Assembly: GCA_964016885.1 (NCBI GenBank)
Contig: OZ024745.1
Location: forward strand, 134,664,001-134,728,000
DNA from: Eledone cirrhosa
Lineage: Eukaryota
Length of the DNA: 64,000 nt
Direction: 5' to 3'
Shown: positions 1 through 13,316 of the stretch, piece after piece
Numbering within the stretch: the first letter of the stretch is position 1
Layout: the number at the start of each line of letters is the position of its first letter
The notes under the pieces: model-generated
The model's input: the letters and a program-made list of their open reading frames with translations, nothing else
The model's database searches: none
Told to the model about the DNA's origin: nothing
Program-made: the position numbers and the translations under genes

Positions 1-324
1 GTGCAATTGCATTGCAAAATTCAAGAAGTTTCACTGCTTCATTTCTTAAGCCGTAAGTGTGCCCAACATGTACCTCAGTGTAACCATCGTAGAGCTGTCC
101 AACATGACCATTGAAATCCCCTGCTAGCATAACGATGTCTCCGTCCTGTCATTGTGGCTGTTTGTAAAAATTGCTTGTAAATGCAGAATTTCTTGTCTTT
201 ACCTAGCAGCAGTTTCTTGCTCTCAATTAACCCTAAAACTAGTCGTAACGCTAACAGTAACACTAACCGTAACACTAACTTATGCAGGCCTAGGTAAAGA
301 CGAGAAAGATAAAACAAGGAGTGA

Positions 325-530
325 TGCTATTTGAATTTTGTGATGCAAGTGTTTTAACCATTTGCAAAACCAACTTCCGCAAACCTGCCAACTGCCTAAT
401 AACCTACAAATTAGGCAAGCACAGAAGCCGGATTTCTCGGTAGTTAGGCAGCGAGACAGACAGATGGTGTGAAGTACCAGGGTGTGCCCCGGGGAGGACT
501 GTTTCCCACAGCGTGGGTTGGTTGTTGGTG
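325..530 (+). mobile_element. Decayed RTE-type LINE APE endonuclease fragment (copies at 3665-3870, 7005-7210)
   Basis: Broken translation LTICKTNFRKPANCLITYK...VRQRDRQMV...PGEDCFPQ parallels the minus-strand endonuclease ORF 3090-3470. Confidence 0.75.
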
Positions 531-649
531 ATGTCTCGGTGATCCTGAGACGGAGTGAGGAGGGTGTTTATAGGTAAATAGATAGACTGATGCACAGATA
601 TCTGGATAGATTGATAGAGAGATAGATATATAGAGAGCATCATTATCAT

Positions 650-1085
650 CGTCTGTTCATCATTTTACGTCCGCTTTTCCCTGCTTGAAAGGGTGGGACA
701 GGTCCTCTTGAGCAAAGCATCTCTTCACTTGTCACGGTCCTTCGTCATCTCCTTGGTGAGTTTCAGCGATCTGAAGTCGGCTCTCACCACCTCCACCCAT
801 GTTTTTCGTGGTCTTCCTCTACTGCGTCTCCCTTCTTTACCCAGCGCTCAACCTCCATGCGCATCACATGTCCATACCATCTCAGTCCTCTCTTGCACAC
901 CACAACTTATCCCTCTTAAACACAGTTTCTCTCTCAACTCGTTTATGCTTGGTCGTTCCCGCACATTGACATTGCACATCCAACGGAGCGTGCTTGCTTC
1001 ATTTCTCTCCAGCCATCGCATACCCTCTGCAGTTGCTGTCCATGTTTCACTACCATGCAGGGTCGCACATCTCGCATAGGCATCA
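650..1085 (-). mobile_element. RTE-type LINE C-terminal/3' fragment (copies at 3990-4425, 7330-7755)
   Basis: ORF 848..1108 LHGSETW...LERNEASTLRWMCNV...INELREKL is typical of the post-RT region of RTE ORF2. Confidence 0.85.
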
Positions 1086-1121
1086 TGTAACCACACTTTC
1101 GTACGCATATATATATTTGTA

Positions 1122-1162
<41 letters not shown>

Positions 1163-1167
1163 ATATT

Positions 1168-1325
1168 TGTCCTGGGTATGACATTAAACTACATCCAGTG
1201 GCAAGGCTCAAGTTCAGGAGGAACTGTGGGGAACATGGAGTTACCCCCTTAGTTGTCATAACTCCCAGGTCTGCTCTGGCCTGGTGTAGTAGTACCTGTT
1301 GGGGCCCCATTTATAGGTTAAATAA
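1168..1325. mobile_element. Short interspersed repeat, SINE-like (copy at 4508-4665; independent copy at 13077-13240)
   Basis: TTGTCCTGGGTATGACATTAAACTACATCCAGTG...GGGCCCCATTTAT recurs at 13077 with different flanks, each copy next to a TA-rich tract. Confidence 0.7.
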
Positions 1326-1765
1326 TAAGATGACAGATCGGCGTACCCTATCAAAGGCCTTCTCTAGGTCAACAAAGGCTAAGTATAGTGGCTTATTTTT
1401 CTCTAAGAACCTCTCTTGTAATTGTCTCATCAAGAAGAGGGCATCTGTTGTACTATTCCCAGGCACAAAACCAAACTGCATCTCATCTAGTTTGACCCTT
1501 TCTCTAATTAGTTGTGCTAATATCCTTTCTGCCACTTTCATAACCTGATCCATCAGTTTTATATCCCTATAATTTCTCCTCTCAAGAGCGTCCCCTTTAC
1601 TTTTGCACTAGTCTTTGGGTATGACACTGCCATATATAGCCTGATTGATGATGTGTGCAACCAGTTTAGTGCCTACGTCCCCTGAGGCCTTCAGCATCTC
1701 AGCAACTATCTCCGATGGTCCAGCAGCCTCACCATTTTTCAATTCCTTAATCGCCTCTTGGACCC
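1325..1765 (-). mobile_element. RTE-type LINE reverse transcriptase fragment (copy at 4665-5105)
   Basis: KLDEMQFGFVPGNSTTDALFLMRQLQERFLEKNKPLYLAFVDLEKAFDRV: non-LTR RT motifs QFGF and FVDLEKAFD. Confidence 0.92.
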
Positions 1766-2544
1766 TATATTCGTTAATCTCAATTTTAAATGGACCTCTT
1801 GATAAGACGAAATGACCTGTATAATTTTTTTTTCATATTTAGATGGAATAGAAGAAAAAGAAGAGAAATGAAAGCAATGAAATTAAGTTTTAGAGAAAAT
1901 ATACGCCAACGACAATGGAGGTATGATTTCAGTTTAATCTTAACCTAATGACCACTTTACAGAGTGTACTGGGTGTGTCTTACCTCGCTATGTTTACTGT
2001 AAACCCTAGATAACGAATGCCTTGTTGAGTGTTGTGAATTGTGAACGTGAGGTTGTGTTGTGGGGTTGCTTGGTGAGGTTGCATAAGAAGGGTGTTGTGA
2101 GTTTGCATTATGATGTAGCTTTGTGAGGCTTTGTTGTGAATTGATAAATATTTGAAAACACACCTCTGTCCCCTCAACAGTCAGTCAGTCATTTTCTACT
2201 AAAACTCATTGATGCGAGTCCCTAGCATTGTATCTGTAAGTACATTATGACTATTTTCTCTTGGTGGACTTGACATTCAAAGATATTTGTATATATTTTG
2301 TTGATGTTGTTTGTTAGTTAGGAAATTGCTTAAAAGCTACTTTGATCACAGCACTTTGTAAAGGCAACATATGTTTAAGATTCTTTTTTTCTTTTATTTT
2401 TGTTATTCAGATGACAGAGAAGGCAAAGAAAGGCACAGAAGAAAAGAACAATGACGATTATTATTATTATTATTACTATTATTATTTGTTTTATTATAAT
2501 CAAAATATGCTGTTAGTTTGCCTGCTATCCCACTACGTGCCTGC

Positions 2545-3470
2545 TATCGCACTCGATCTTTTGTGTACGTTTTATATAATTTATGCCAGTTCCGTTTCTG
2601 CATATCGAACATGGCCATTTCCCTGACGGAATAGAGTTTTGTCCTCTTTTCTACTCATCAACACTCATTCGTGACACAAAGTACAGCGGCATCATTGCGG
2701 ACAGACTTAATCCCGATTTGCACTGACACACTGCCTCGCAGTACGGAACAGCGCACGTCGTCGAGCAGCCTCCTTGCATGCTAAGTACACCTGACGTCTA
2801 GCTTCTCTCTTAGCGGCTGTATATTCTTCTCTACTCGCACTAATTTTGCAAGCATTCCATGCTAGTCTTTAGTCTCCAATGGCCCGATCTACCGTGCTGT
2901 CCCACCACCATGTCACTCTCTGTCTGGTTGGAACTCTGATCCAGCCACAAGTTTCATCAGTAACCTGCAGTAAGGTATCGCATAAGAAATTCCAGTTATC
3001 ATCTATGTTGTACGACTCTAAATCGTCTTCTTTTTCATCATACACATATTGAAGGGCTTTCCTAAATTTGTATTTTAGTGAGAGCTCTTTTAGCTTCCAG
3101 ACCTTTCTTTTTTCCACACCTTCCTGTATGTCTCATTCAGTCTCTTGCTTAATGAGATATCACTAACGACTAACCTATGCTGTGGGGTACATTCTTCCCC
3201 GGGGTATGCCTTTGCATTTGACACCATCTGCCTGTCCCGCTGCCTAACTAGCAAGAAATCAATCTGGCTTATGTGCTTGCCTGATTTGTAGGTTATTAGG
3301 TGGTTGGCAGATTTGTGTAAGTTAGTGTTGTAGATGGTTAGTGCAATTGCATTGCAAAATTCAAGAAGTTTCACTGCTTCATTTCTTAAGCCGTAAGTGT
3401 GCCCAACATGTACCTCAGTGTAACCATCGTAGAGCTGTCCAACATGACCATTGAAATCCCCTGCTAGCAT
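2545..3470 (-). mobile_element. RTE-type LINE endonuclease + linker fragment (copies at 5885-6810 and 1-130)
   Basis: AGDFNGHVG...QIDFLLVR...QHRLVV (APE endonuclease motifs), then TWWWD linker and a GKWPCSIC Cys motif; frameshifted. Confidence 0.9.
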
Positions 3471-4461
3471 AACGATGTCTCCGTCCTGTCATTGTGGCTG
3501 TTTGTAAAAATTGCTTGTAAATGCAGAATTTCTTGTCTTTACCTAGCAGCAGTTTCTTGCTCTCAATTAACCCTAAAACTAGTCGTAACGCTAACAGTAA
3601 CACTAACCGTAACACTAACTTATGCAGGCCTAGGTAAAGACGAGAAAGATAAAACAAGGAGTGATGCTATTTGAATTTTGTGATGCAAGTGTTTTAACCA
3701 TTTGCAAAACCAACTTCCGCAAACCTGCCAACTGCCTAATAACCTACAAATTAGGCAAGCACAGAAGCCGGATTTCTCGGTAGTTAGGCAGCGAGACAGA
3801 CAGATGGTGTGAAGTACCAGGGTGTGCCCCGGGGAGGACTGTTTCCCACAGCGTGGGTTGGTTGTTGGTGATGTCTCGGTGATCCTGAGACGGAGTGAGG
3901 AGGGTGTTTATAGGTAAATAGATAGACTGATGCACAGATATCTGGATAGATTGATAGAGAGATAGATATATAGAGAGCATCATTATCATCGTCTGTTCAT
4001 CATTTTACGTCCGCTTTTCCCTGCTTGAAAGGGTGGGACAGGTCCTCTTGAGCAAAGCATCTCTTCACTTGTCACGGTCCTTCGTCATCTCCTTGGTGAG
4101 TTTCAGCGATCTGAAGTCGGCTCTCACCACCTCCACCCATGTTTTTCGTGGTCTTCCTCTACTGCGTCTCCCTTCTTTACCCAGCGCTCAACCTCCATGC
4201 GCATCACATGTCCATACCATCTCAGTCCTCTCTTGCACACCACAACTTATCCCTCTTAAACACAGTTTCTCTCTCAACTCGTTTATGCTTGGTCGTTCCC
4301 GCACATTGACATTGCACATCCAACGGAGCGTGCTTGCTTCATTTCTCTCCAGCCATCGCATACCCTCTGCAGTTGCTGTCCATGTTTCACTACCATGCAG
4401 GGTCGCACATCTCGCATAGGCATCATGTAACCACACTTTCGTACGCATATATATATTTGTA

Positions 4462-4502
<41 letters not shown>

Positions 4503-7500
4503 ATATTTGTCCTGGGTATGACATTAAACTACATCCAGTGGCAAGGCTCAAGTTCAGGAGGAACTGTGGGGAACATGGAGTTACCCCCTTAGTTGTCATA
4601 ACTCCCAGGTCTGCTCTGGCCTGGTGTAGTAGTACCTGTTGGGGCCCCATTTATAGGTTAAATAATAAGATGACAGATCGGCGTACCCTATCAAAGGCCT
4701 TCTCTAGGTCAACAAAGGCTAAGTATAGTGGCTTATTTTTCTCTAAGAACCTCTCTTGTAATTGTCTCATCAAGAAGAGGGCATCTGTTGTACTATTCCC
4801 AGGCACAAAACCAAACTGCATCTCATCTAGTTTGACCCTTTCTCTAATTAGTTGTGCTAATATCCTTTCTGCCACTTTCATAACCTGATCCATCAGTTTT
4901 ATATCCCTATAATTTCTCCTCTCAAGAGCGTCCCCTTTACTTTTGCACTAGTCTTTGGGTATGACACTGCCATATATAGCCTGATTGATGATGTGTGCAA
5001 CCAGTTTAGTGCCTACGTCCCCTGAGGCCTTCAGCATCTCAGCAACTATCTCCGATGGTCCAGCAGCCTCACCATTTTTCAATTCCTTAATCGCCTCTTG
5101 GACCCTATATTCGTTAATCTCAATTTTAAATGGACCTCTTGATAAGACGAAATGACCTGTATAATTTTTTTTTCATATTTAGATGGAATAGAAGAAAAAG
5201 AAGAGAAATGAAAGCAATGAAATTAAGTTTTAGAGAAAATATACGCCAACGACAATGGAGGTATGATTTCAGTTTAATCTTAACCTAATGACCACTTTAC
5301 AGAGTGTACTGGGTGTGTCTTACCTCGCTATGTTTACTGTAAACCCTAGATAACGAATGCCTTGTTGAGTGTTGTGAATTGTGAACGTGAGGTTGTGTTG
5401 TGGGGTTGCTTGGTGAGGTTGCATAAGAAGGGTGTTGTGAGTTTGCATTATGATGTAGCTTTGTGAGGCTTTGTTGTGAATTGATAAATATTTGAAAACA
5501 CACCTCTGTCCCCTCAACAGTCAGTCAGTCATTTTCTACTAAAACTCATTGATGCGAGTCCCTAGCATTGTATCTGTAAGTACATTATGACTATTTTCTC
5601 TTGGTGGACTTGACATTCAAAGATATTTGTATATATTTTGTTGATGTTGTTTGTTAGTTAGGAAATTGCTTAAAAGCTACTTTGATCACAGCACTTTGTA
5701 AAGGCAACATATGTTTAAGATTCTTTTTTTCTTTTATTTTTGTTATTCAGATGACAGAGAAGGCAAAGAAAGGCACAGAAGAAAAGAACAATGACGATTA
5801 TTATTATTATTATTACTATTATTATTTGTTTTATTATAATCAAAATATGCTGTTAGTTTGCCTGCTATCCCACTACGTGCCTGCTATCGCACTCGATCTT
5901 TTGTGTACGTTTTATATAATTTATGCCAGTTCCGTTTCTGCATATCGAACATGGCCATTTCCCTGACGGAATAGAGTTTTGTCCTCTTTTCTACTCATCA
6001 ACACTCATTCGTGACACAAAGTACAGCGGCATCATTGCGGACAGACTTAATCCCGATTTGCACTGACACACTGCCTCGCAGTACGGAACAGCGCACGTCG
6101 TCGAGCAGCCTCCTTGCATGCTAAGTACACCTGACGTCTAGCTTCTCTCTTAGCGGCTGTATATTCTTCTCTACTCGCACTAATTTTGCAAGCATTCCAT
6201 GCTAGTCTTTAGTCTCCAATGGCCCGATCTACCGTGCTGTCCCACCACCATGTCACTCTCTGTCTGGTTGGAACTCTGATCCAGCCACAAGTTTCATCAG
6301 TAACCTGCAGTAAGGTATCGCATAAGAAATTCCAGTTATCATCTATGTTGTACGACTCTAAATCGTCTTCTTTTTCATCATACACATATTGAAGGGCTTT
6401 CCTAAATTTGTATTTTAGTGAGAGCTCTTTTAGCTTCCAGACCTTTCTTTTTTCCACACCTTCCTGTATGTCTCATTCAGTCTCTTGCTTAATGAGATAT
6501 CACTAACGACTAACCTATGCTGTGGGGTACATTCTTCCCCGGGGTATGCCTTTGCATTTGACACCATCTGCCTGTCCCGCTGCCTAACTAGCAAGAAGTC
6601 AATCTGGCTTATGTGCTTGCCTGATTTGTAGGTTATTAGGTGGTTGGCAGATTTGTGTAAGTTAGTGTTGTAGATGGTTAGTGCAATTGCATTGCAAAAT
6701 TCAAGAAGTTTCACTGCTTCATTTCTTAAGCCGTAAGTGTGCCCAACATGTACCTCAGTGTAACCATCGTAGAGCTGTCCAACATGACCATTGAAATCCC
6801 CTGCTAGCATAACGATGTCTCCGTCCTGTCATTGTGGCTGTTTGTAAAAATTGCTTGTAAATGCAGAATTTCTTGTCTTTACCTAGCAGCAGTTTCTTGC
6901 TCTCAATTAACCCTAAAACTAGTCGTAACGCTAACAGTAACACTAACCGTAACACTAACTTATGCAGGCCTAGGTAAAGACGAGAAAGATAAAACAAGGA
7001 GTGATGCTATTTGAATTTTGTGATGCAAGTGTTTTAACCATTTGCAAAACCAACTTCCGCAAACCTGCCAACTGCCTAATAACCTACAAATTAGGCAAGC
7101 ACAGAAGCCGGATTTCTCGGTAGTTAGGCAGCGAGACAGACAGATGGTGTGAAGTACCAGGGTGTGCCCCGGGGAGGACTGTTTCCCACAGCGTGGGTTG
7201 GTTGTTGGTGATGTCTCGGTGATCCTGAGACGGAGTGAGGAGGGTGTTTATAGGTAAATAGATAGACTGATGCACAGATATCTGGATAGATTGATAGAGA
7301 GATAGATATATAGAGAGCATCATTATCATCGTCTGTTCATCATTTTACGTCCGCTTTTCCCTGCTTGAAAGGGTGGGACAGGTCCTCTTGAGCAAAGCAT
7401 CTCTTCACTTGTCACGGTCCTTCGTCATCTCCTTGGTGAGTTTCAGCGATCTGAAGTCGGCTCTCACCACCTCCACCCATGTTTTTCGTGGTCTTCCTCT

Positions 7501-7756
7501 ACTGCGTCTCCCTTCTTTACCCAGCGCTCAACCTCCATGCGCATCACATGTCCATACCATCTCAGTCCTCTCTTGCACACCACAACTTATCCCTCTTAAA
7601 CACAGTTTCTCTCTCAACTCGTTTATGCTTGGTCGTTCCCGCACATTGACATTGCACATCCAACGGAGCGTGCTTGCTTCATTTCTCTCCAGCCATCGCA
7701 TACCCTCTGCAGTTGCTGTCCATGTCTCACTACCATGCAGCATCGCGCATCTCACT

Positions 7757-7787
<31 letters not shown>

Positions 7788-7806
7788 GTACATACATATA
7801 TATTAT

Positions 7807-8410
7807 GTCAGGTCACCAGTTGGTGCTACTGGTAACATGTATCCCAGTACAACCTGTCTCCTGGTCGGGTCGTTGGCGACTAAACTGGCAACCCCACTAA
7901 GGTTTCTTGGTGAGGAGGGTGACTTTGGACATCCTGCAGGACTAAAAACAAAACCTGTCAAAGGGCAAAGGAGCTCTTAAGAGTCAATGGCCATCCAAAA
8001 TCACCGGGAGAGATGACCCCTTAGCCTGTGTCAAGGCAGAATTCTAGAAGGAAAACTCTGATATAACACCTGCAACCCTGATGGTATCCAATGATGTTGA
8101 CTTGTTTTGCTTTTTGGTAAATATCATCTTGGTTAAGAGAGTGGGACTGGCTTTGTGCAGTGCCTTTGCTCACTATAAAAGCTTCACAGCACAGGCATTG
8201 CTTTATATCTGGAGATCTCTCTGCACTCGTCGTCACATGGTACGATTGGCCCAGCACTGTCAATAATTGTCACAAGTGTAGTGTTTGTACCAGAGTTTTC
8301 AAGTCACTGGCTGGACTAAAACGTCACACTCGTTCAGCCCATCGGTAGGGGTTCTCCTACATGGATATAAAGTAGGGGCCGTACTCGAAAAAGAGTTGGC
8401 AACCACCATA
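7807..8410 (+). mobile_element. Internally deleted LINE remnant ending in a C2H2-like motif
   Basis: ORF 8160..8348 ends CSVCTRVFKSLAGLKRHTRSAH, resembling the C-terminus of some RTE-group ORF2s, then a short UTR and TA-rich tail. The 5' part is unassigned. Confidence 0.5.
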
Positions 8411-8464
8411 TATATGTATATATGTATATATTTATATGTATGTATATATGCATATATTTGTATG

Positions 8465-8505
<41 letters not shown>

Positions 8506-8519
8506 TTCTGGCTTTCTCT

Positions 8520-9395
8520 TATTTTCACTCACTCCTCCGCTAGCTCACTTCCTTCCTCGTCCGTAACTGTCTCTTCTCTTGCTCACACTTCTACAGTGAA
8601 TGTGTCTTTTTTTCTTATCAAACCCGCCAGAACTTGTGTTCGAAATCAATTGTTCACTCGTTTTTTTTTTTTTTTTTTTTCCTTTCTTTTTGTTGCTTCA
8701 GCCTTTGTGTCTGTTTATATTTTTCTCTCTCTCTCCCCTCTTTTTTATCCCAATAACTTATTTTAGTTATTGTTCGGCCTAGGTTGAGGCATCTTGTCTC
8801 TAACGCGAAGAAATGCCTATGATTCCTAGCAGACAACTGACGATGGATATTGCCCTCTTTTGCCCGTAACTTTTATTTTGATTATATTTCAATGCAACCA
8901 CACAGCTTGCCATTTTATTCACATAGTTTTCTTCTCAGTTGTGACCCATCTCTCTTCTATCCCCTTGTTGCTATGCTCTCTCTCCCCCTTCTCCCTCTTC
9001 TGCTAGTCACCTTCTCTCGGCTAACCTGCCACTTCTAAAGCAGTCTCTTCTCTCACTCACACTGCTACAGTGAAGACATGCATTTTTTTTTCTCGTTAAA
9101 CCCACCAGAACTTATGTTCAAAATGAGTTGTTGACTTGATTTTTCCTCTTTTCGTTTCTTCACCCTTCATGTGTGTATCCATTTTTCTCTCTCCCCCTTT
9201 TTTTATTCCAATAACTTATTTTAGTTATTGTTCGCCCTAGGTTGAGGCATCTTGTCTCTAACGCGAAGAAATGCCTATGATTCCTAGCAGACAACTGACG
9301 ATGGATATTGCCCTCTTTTGCCCATAACTTTTCTTTTCATTATACTTAAATGCAACCACACAGCTTGCCATTTTATTCATAGTTTCCTTCTCCGC
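8520..9395. repeat. Direct tandem duplication, period ~460 bp
   Basis: CAATAACTTATTTT...CTAGGTTGAGGCATCTTGTCTCTAACGCGAAGAAATGCC...CACACAGCTTGCC at 8751 and 9209. Confidence 0.85.
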
Positions 9396-9670
9396 TGAGT
9401 TTTGTCCTCTTTTCTACTCATCAACAATTTTGTCTTAGCTATGTTCACTCTCAGTCCTCTTAATTCCAACTCTGTTTTCATAGCCAGAATTTATTCTCAA
9501 GCTCTTCTACTGATTTTATCATCAGCATAGATAAGTTTCTGTAAACAGGATGTATTCCTACTTGTATCTGGAATTTGTCACTAAACTCCATTCCTACCCT
9601 CACTTTACTGACAGCACCTCTGTACAAAGCTTGCAATGTCCTCACAAGCCATTCATCAACACCTACACCG
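9396..9670 (-). mobile_element. RTE-type LINE RT fragment
   Basis: GVDEWLVRTLQALYRGAVSKVRVGMEFSDKFQIQVGIH; shares GAGTTTTGTCCTCTTTTTCTACTCATCAACA with 2634-2663. Confidence 0.85.
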
Positions 9671-9747
9671 AAAAACAACCCAAACCAAACCGTGTGTTCT
9701 GTTATTATTTCTTGCAATATTTATAACAATATGACTCTCCCCTGTTA

Positions 9748-9784
<37 letters not shown>

Positions 9785-10099
9785 TCATACAAATATGTAT
9801 CGCAGCATTATCAATAAAGGACTTTAACATCTGAAAGTATTTCGCATTTTATCATTATATATATATGCACACATACACACACATACACCGAGAGAGACGA
9901 CATATATTTATATATGCTAGCTGAAGAACTGCCCTTTGGGCGTTTTTCTGCTAGTATATATAGACATAAGTTTTTGTAGTGTCCCTTTTCTATCATTTAA
10001 AAAGAAACTGAAATGCATTTCAACTAAAAGAGTGATAGCTGTTTCACATGACTGTAGAATTTCTTTGTAGACACAGTTGCCAGCAAACAGACACCTTTC

Positions 10100-12060
10100 A
10101 TTTAATATTTTAATATTTTCTTTTTTGTGATAATGCAACATACGTGAGAATTGTGTTTGTAGATAAATGTATGCCCTTGAAGGTTGTTTCAACTATTTGT
10201 GGTCTATCACCATGACGTAGAACTGGAAGAATTTGGTTTTAGTCACCAGATACCACTAAATGGCTTTTTGCAATCTCGAACATCTTTGAAACTCCTGTCA
10301 GGCATTGAAAGATATTCTTATGTCCCATACCTCTCTCATCAATGATTAACAGGTCAGCTTGCTGCACAAGTTTACCTGTGTCATCCCTCTTTGTGAAGAA
10401 GCAAGTTGATTCAGCAGTCATATTGAGAGGAATCGTGCACTTGGAATGAAGAGTTCTTCGTTTGTGAAGCAAAGTGGCTGCTATTCCAGATATGGCAGTG
10501 GCAAGTGCAATTATTTTTTTACATTGGAGGTAATCCATTAGAATGCTTATGACCTGTACCTGCACTTGCATTCAAGCAGAAAATTCTGCCCTCATTTTCA
10601 TTTACAGAGGTAATTACTTTGTGAAAAAGAACCAGTTGCTGAGGATTCAATGTTGGCAGAAGTTGATTTATTTGTTTGCATGGACATGAATTGCTCATGA
10701 CGTTCATGCATGATATCCTCTGCAAGACAATTCTTCTATTTCTCCCAGAACTGCAGAGGGTCATTTGGCATGCAGTGCAATGCAATTAAATGGTGCAGAA
10801 GATCTGTGGCAGCTGAGGACCAACAGACTAAGTTAATCTTTATATGAAGTTTACCCAGCCTTGTGATGTATGATCATTCTGAGGTAATATAATTCAGATT
10901 GATGTCTTCTGAGAATGCGTCCAAGAGATTCACTCATAAATTGTTGATCACCATCCAGATGTCCCCTTTTTTTCTTTGCCATTTTTTGTTTGTCCAAGTG
11001 AAATATTTAGGAATATCAATATACAATATATCTTGTTCCAGCGGGTCTCTAATATTCAGTTGAAAATATTCCGTGAACTTAGTCATTGGCTGTCCCCTAG
11101 AAAGAACTTTCTTCCTGCCCTTGCTCAAACACGACCATTTGTTCCCCAGGTAAATGGCAAGGCAACTTTCCAGAATGCTTCACTGGCTGAGATGTACCAT
11201 GCATTGATATAGGTCTCAATTTCATTTCGAGCATGGACACAATTTCCTCGATCATCCTTAATAGTGAAAGTGATTTTGTCTGATCCTTTTGTGATGTACT
11301 TTAAGTAGTTAACAACCTTGACACTGTAGACAACCTCACAATTGACCATGCTGTCTACCCCTTCTTCTATACTTTGAAAAAGAACTTTTGGCAACAAATG
11401 CGGTTTGCCTTGGGATAACTGTTCGAGCATTGTTATTGTTGTCCTAGCCCTTCCTTTCATGAGCACATCATATTAACTTGTCCACATGGGCCATGAATGT
11501 TGCAAGATGGGGATGATCTTCTGTAGAATTGGAATCTCACAGTACACTACCTGATCAATGTCATCAGCAGTTTTGTGCTTACTATCTTCAGCCATTATCT
11601 GCAGAATATGAGCATGAGTGGGGCCTCGTTTCTGCCACTCTATTGTAGCAGAACGAGCAACAACTTTTCCTAGGACATTTTCTTTTTCAGTATGTCACCC
11701 ATGAGGCTGTCATACTTGATGTTGAAGAATCTTGCACAAATATCAGGACGGTCTCTAGGTTCTTGACTAGGGTGCAAATTATTTTTTATTTCATCCCAGT
11801 TAGAGTTAGTTGTTACCGTGATGAAATAAGACGACTTTACCATGTCGAACCACAGTCATCGAATTCTGAAAGCACTCAGTGTAGAAGCGATTGGGAACCA
11901 TAGATTGAAGGTGGAAGAACAATTCTCCGGCCTTCATTTACTGAATCTCCCTCAGCATCATAGAAACCCTCATACTTTTCAGCTCACATCACGGTTCGAT
12001 TGTTACGGCCATTTTGAGGTGACAACATTGTATTTTTCCCTGGGCATCTACAGCATATTG
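10100..12060 (-). mobile_element. Decayed Helitron Rep/helicase (HUH endonuclease to PIF1 helicase N-terminal half)
   Basis: Fragments FITVTTN, IEWQKRGPTHAHIL (HUH motif), YLKYITKGSD, YISASEAFW, LYIDIPKYFTW, LNASAGTG, ISGIAATLL, LLIIDE, GD-xQILPV; many stops and frameshifts. Confidence 0.92.
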
Positions 12061-12627
12061 CTGCATCAGCCACCTGCTCTTCACGACAACATTAGTCACC
12101 TTACCTAACCTGAAACCGATAACCAGTGGGTGTGAGTGTGTGGTTGTTGTCAATCCTTTTCAAACCAACCCGAAACCCATCATTCCCACAAGGAAACAGT
12201 AGCACAGGACAATATTCACATTTTCAGAGACTGGCATTTTAATTACTTTCTTGAAGCTTCTTATATGATAAATGTTACCTATGATCTTAAATGTGGGACT
12301 AAACCCTGGCTTGCTCACCCCCCCCCCTCTCTCTCTCCCATACACTGACATAAGATCATATAATTCAGCATTGTGGCTGTCTGTAAAATGTGAAAAGAAA
12401 GGCAAGGTTTTAACTGACATATAATTAGATGTATGTATTTATGCCATGTGCGTTAATTTATATACGCACAATAGTCAGTCTCCTGATCTGTTACAAACAC
12501 AATTCTCAGGGCGAAACAGATTAAATCTCTAATCTGTCTGGGAGATGAAATAGTTATTGAAACGATCTGTACATTTTACTCTTTATCCTGTATTTTCCGT
12601 ATGCTTCAGGTTAAATCTGTCAAACCA

Positions 12628-12673
<46 letters not shown>

Positions 12674-13316
12674 TCAACCAACTGTGACGCCTAAACCAAT
12701 CAGCTTTAGTAATCCAGTGAAACTACACACCGATTGGTCGAAATACAGTTTTCAAGATTTAGCATTCTGGAGCCACTTTTCACAGTGGCAAAATTTACCC
12801 ATCTCATTACAGTTGAAAATTGCAAACTTGACTGTCACCACACATTATGAACCTGAAGATTGCGAAAGCATGAAAGTACTTGTTCAATTAACACTTAACA
12901 TTTAATATTCTACCATACTATTTCATTCTAATACTATAAATTTTAAAGGATTGTAAATAAAACGAGTAAATCAAAGTTGGAATTCCTTTTATTAATATAA
13001 TCTTCTATACATAATCATACACACCCGTGTATATCTATCTATCATATATATATATATATATAATGACACACACATATTGTCCTGGGTATGACATTAAACT
13101 ACATCCAGTGACAAGGCTCCATTTCGGCAATTCATGAGCTGTGGGGAATGTGGAGTTACCCCTTAGTTGTCATAACTCCCAGGTCTGCTCTGGCCCGGAG
13201 CAGTGTTACCTGTTAGGGCCCCATTTATGGGTGAAATAATAAAAGAACCATGTAGTCGATTTAACAGCACTAAGGTTGTCAAGGCTTATGGGCACTCTGA
13301 ATGTGAGGACAATTCG

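Larger units (their letters stand above)
1..7755. repeat. Tandem duplication, 3,340-bp unit, ~2.3 copies, open at the left window edge
   Basis: GTGCAATTGCATTGCAAAAT at 1, 3341 and 6681; ORF track repeats at +3340. Only difference I found between full copies is A3258 vs G6598. Identity breaks down at ~7726-7755. Confidence 0.97.
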
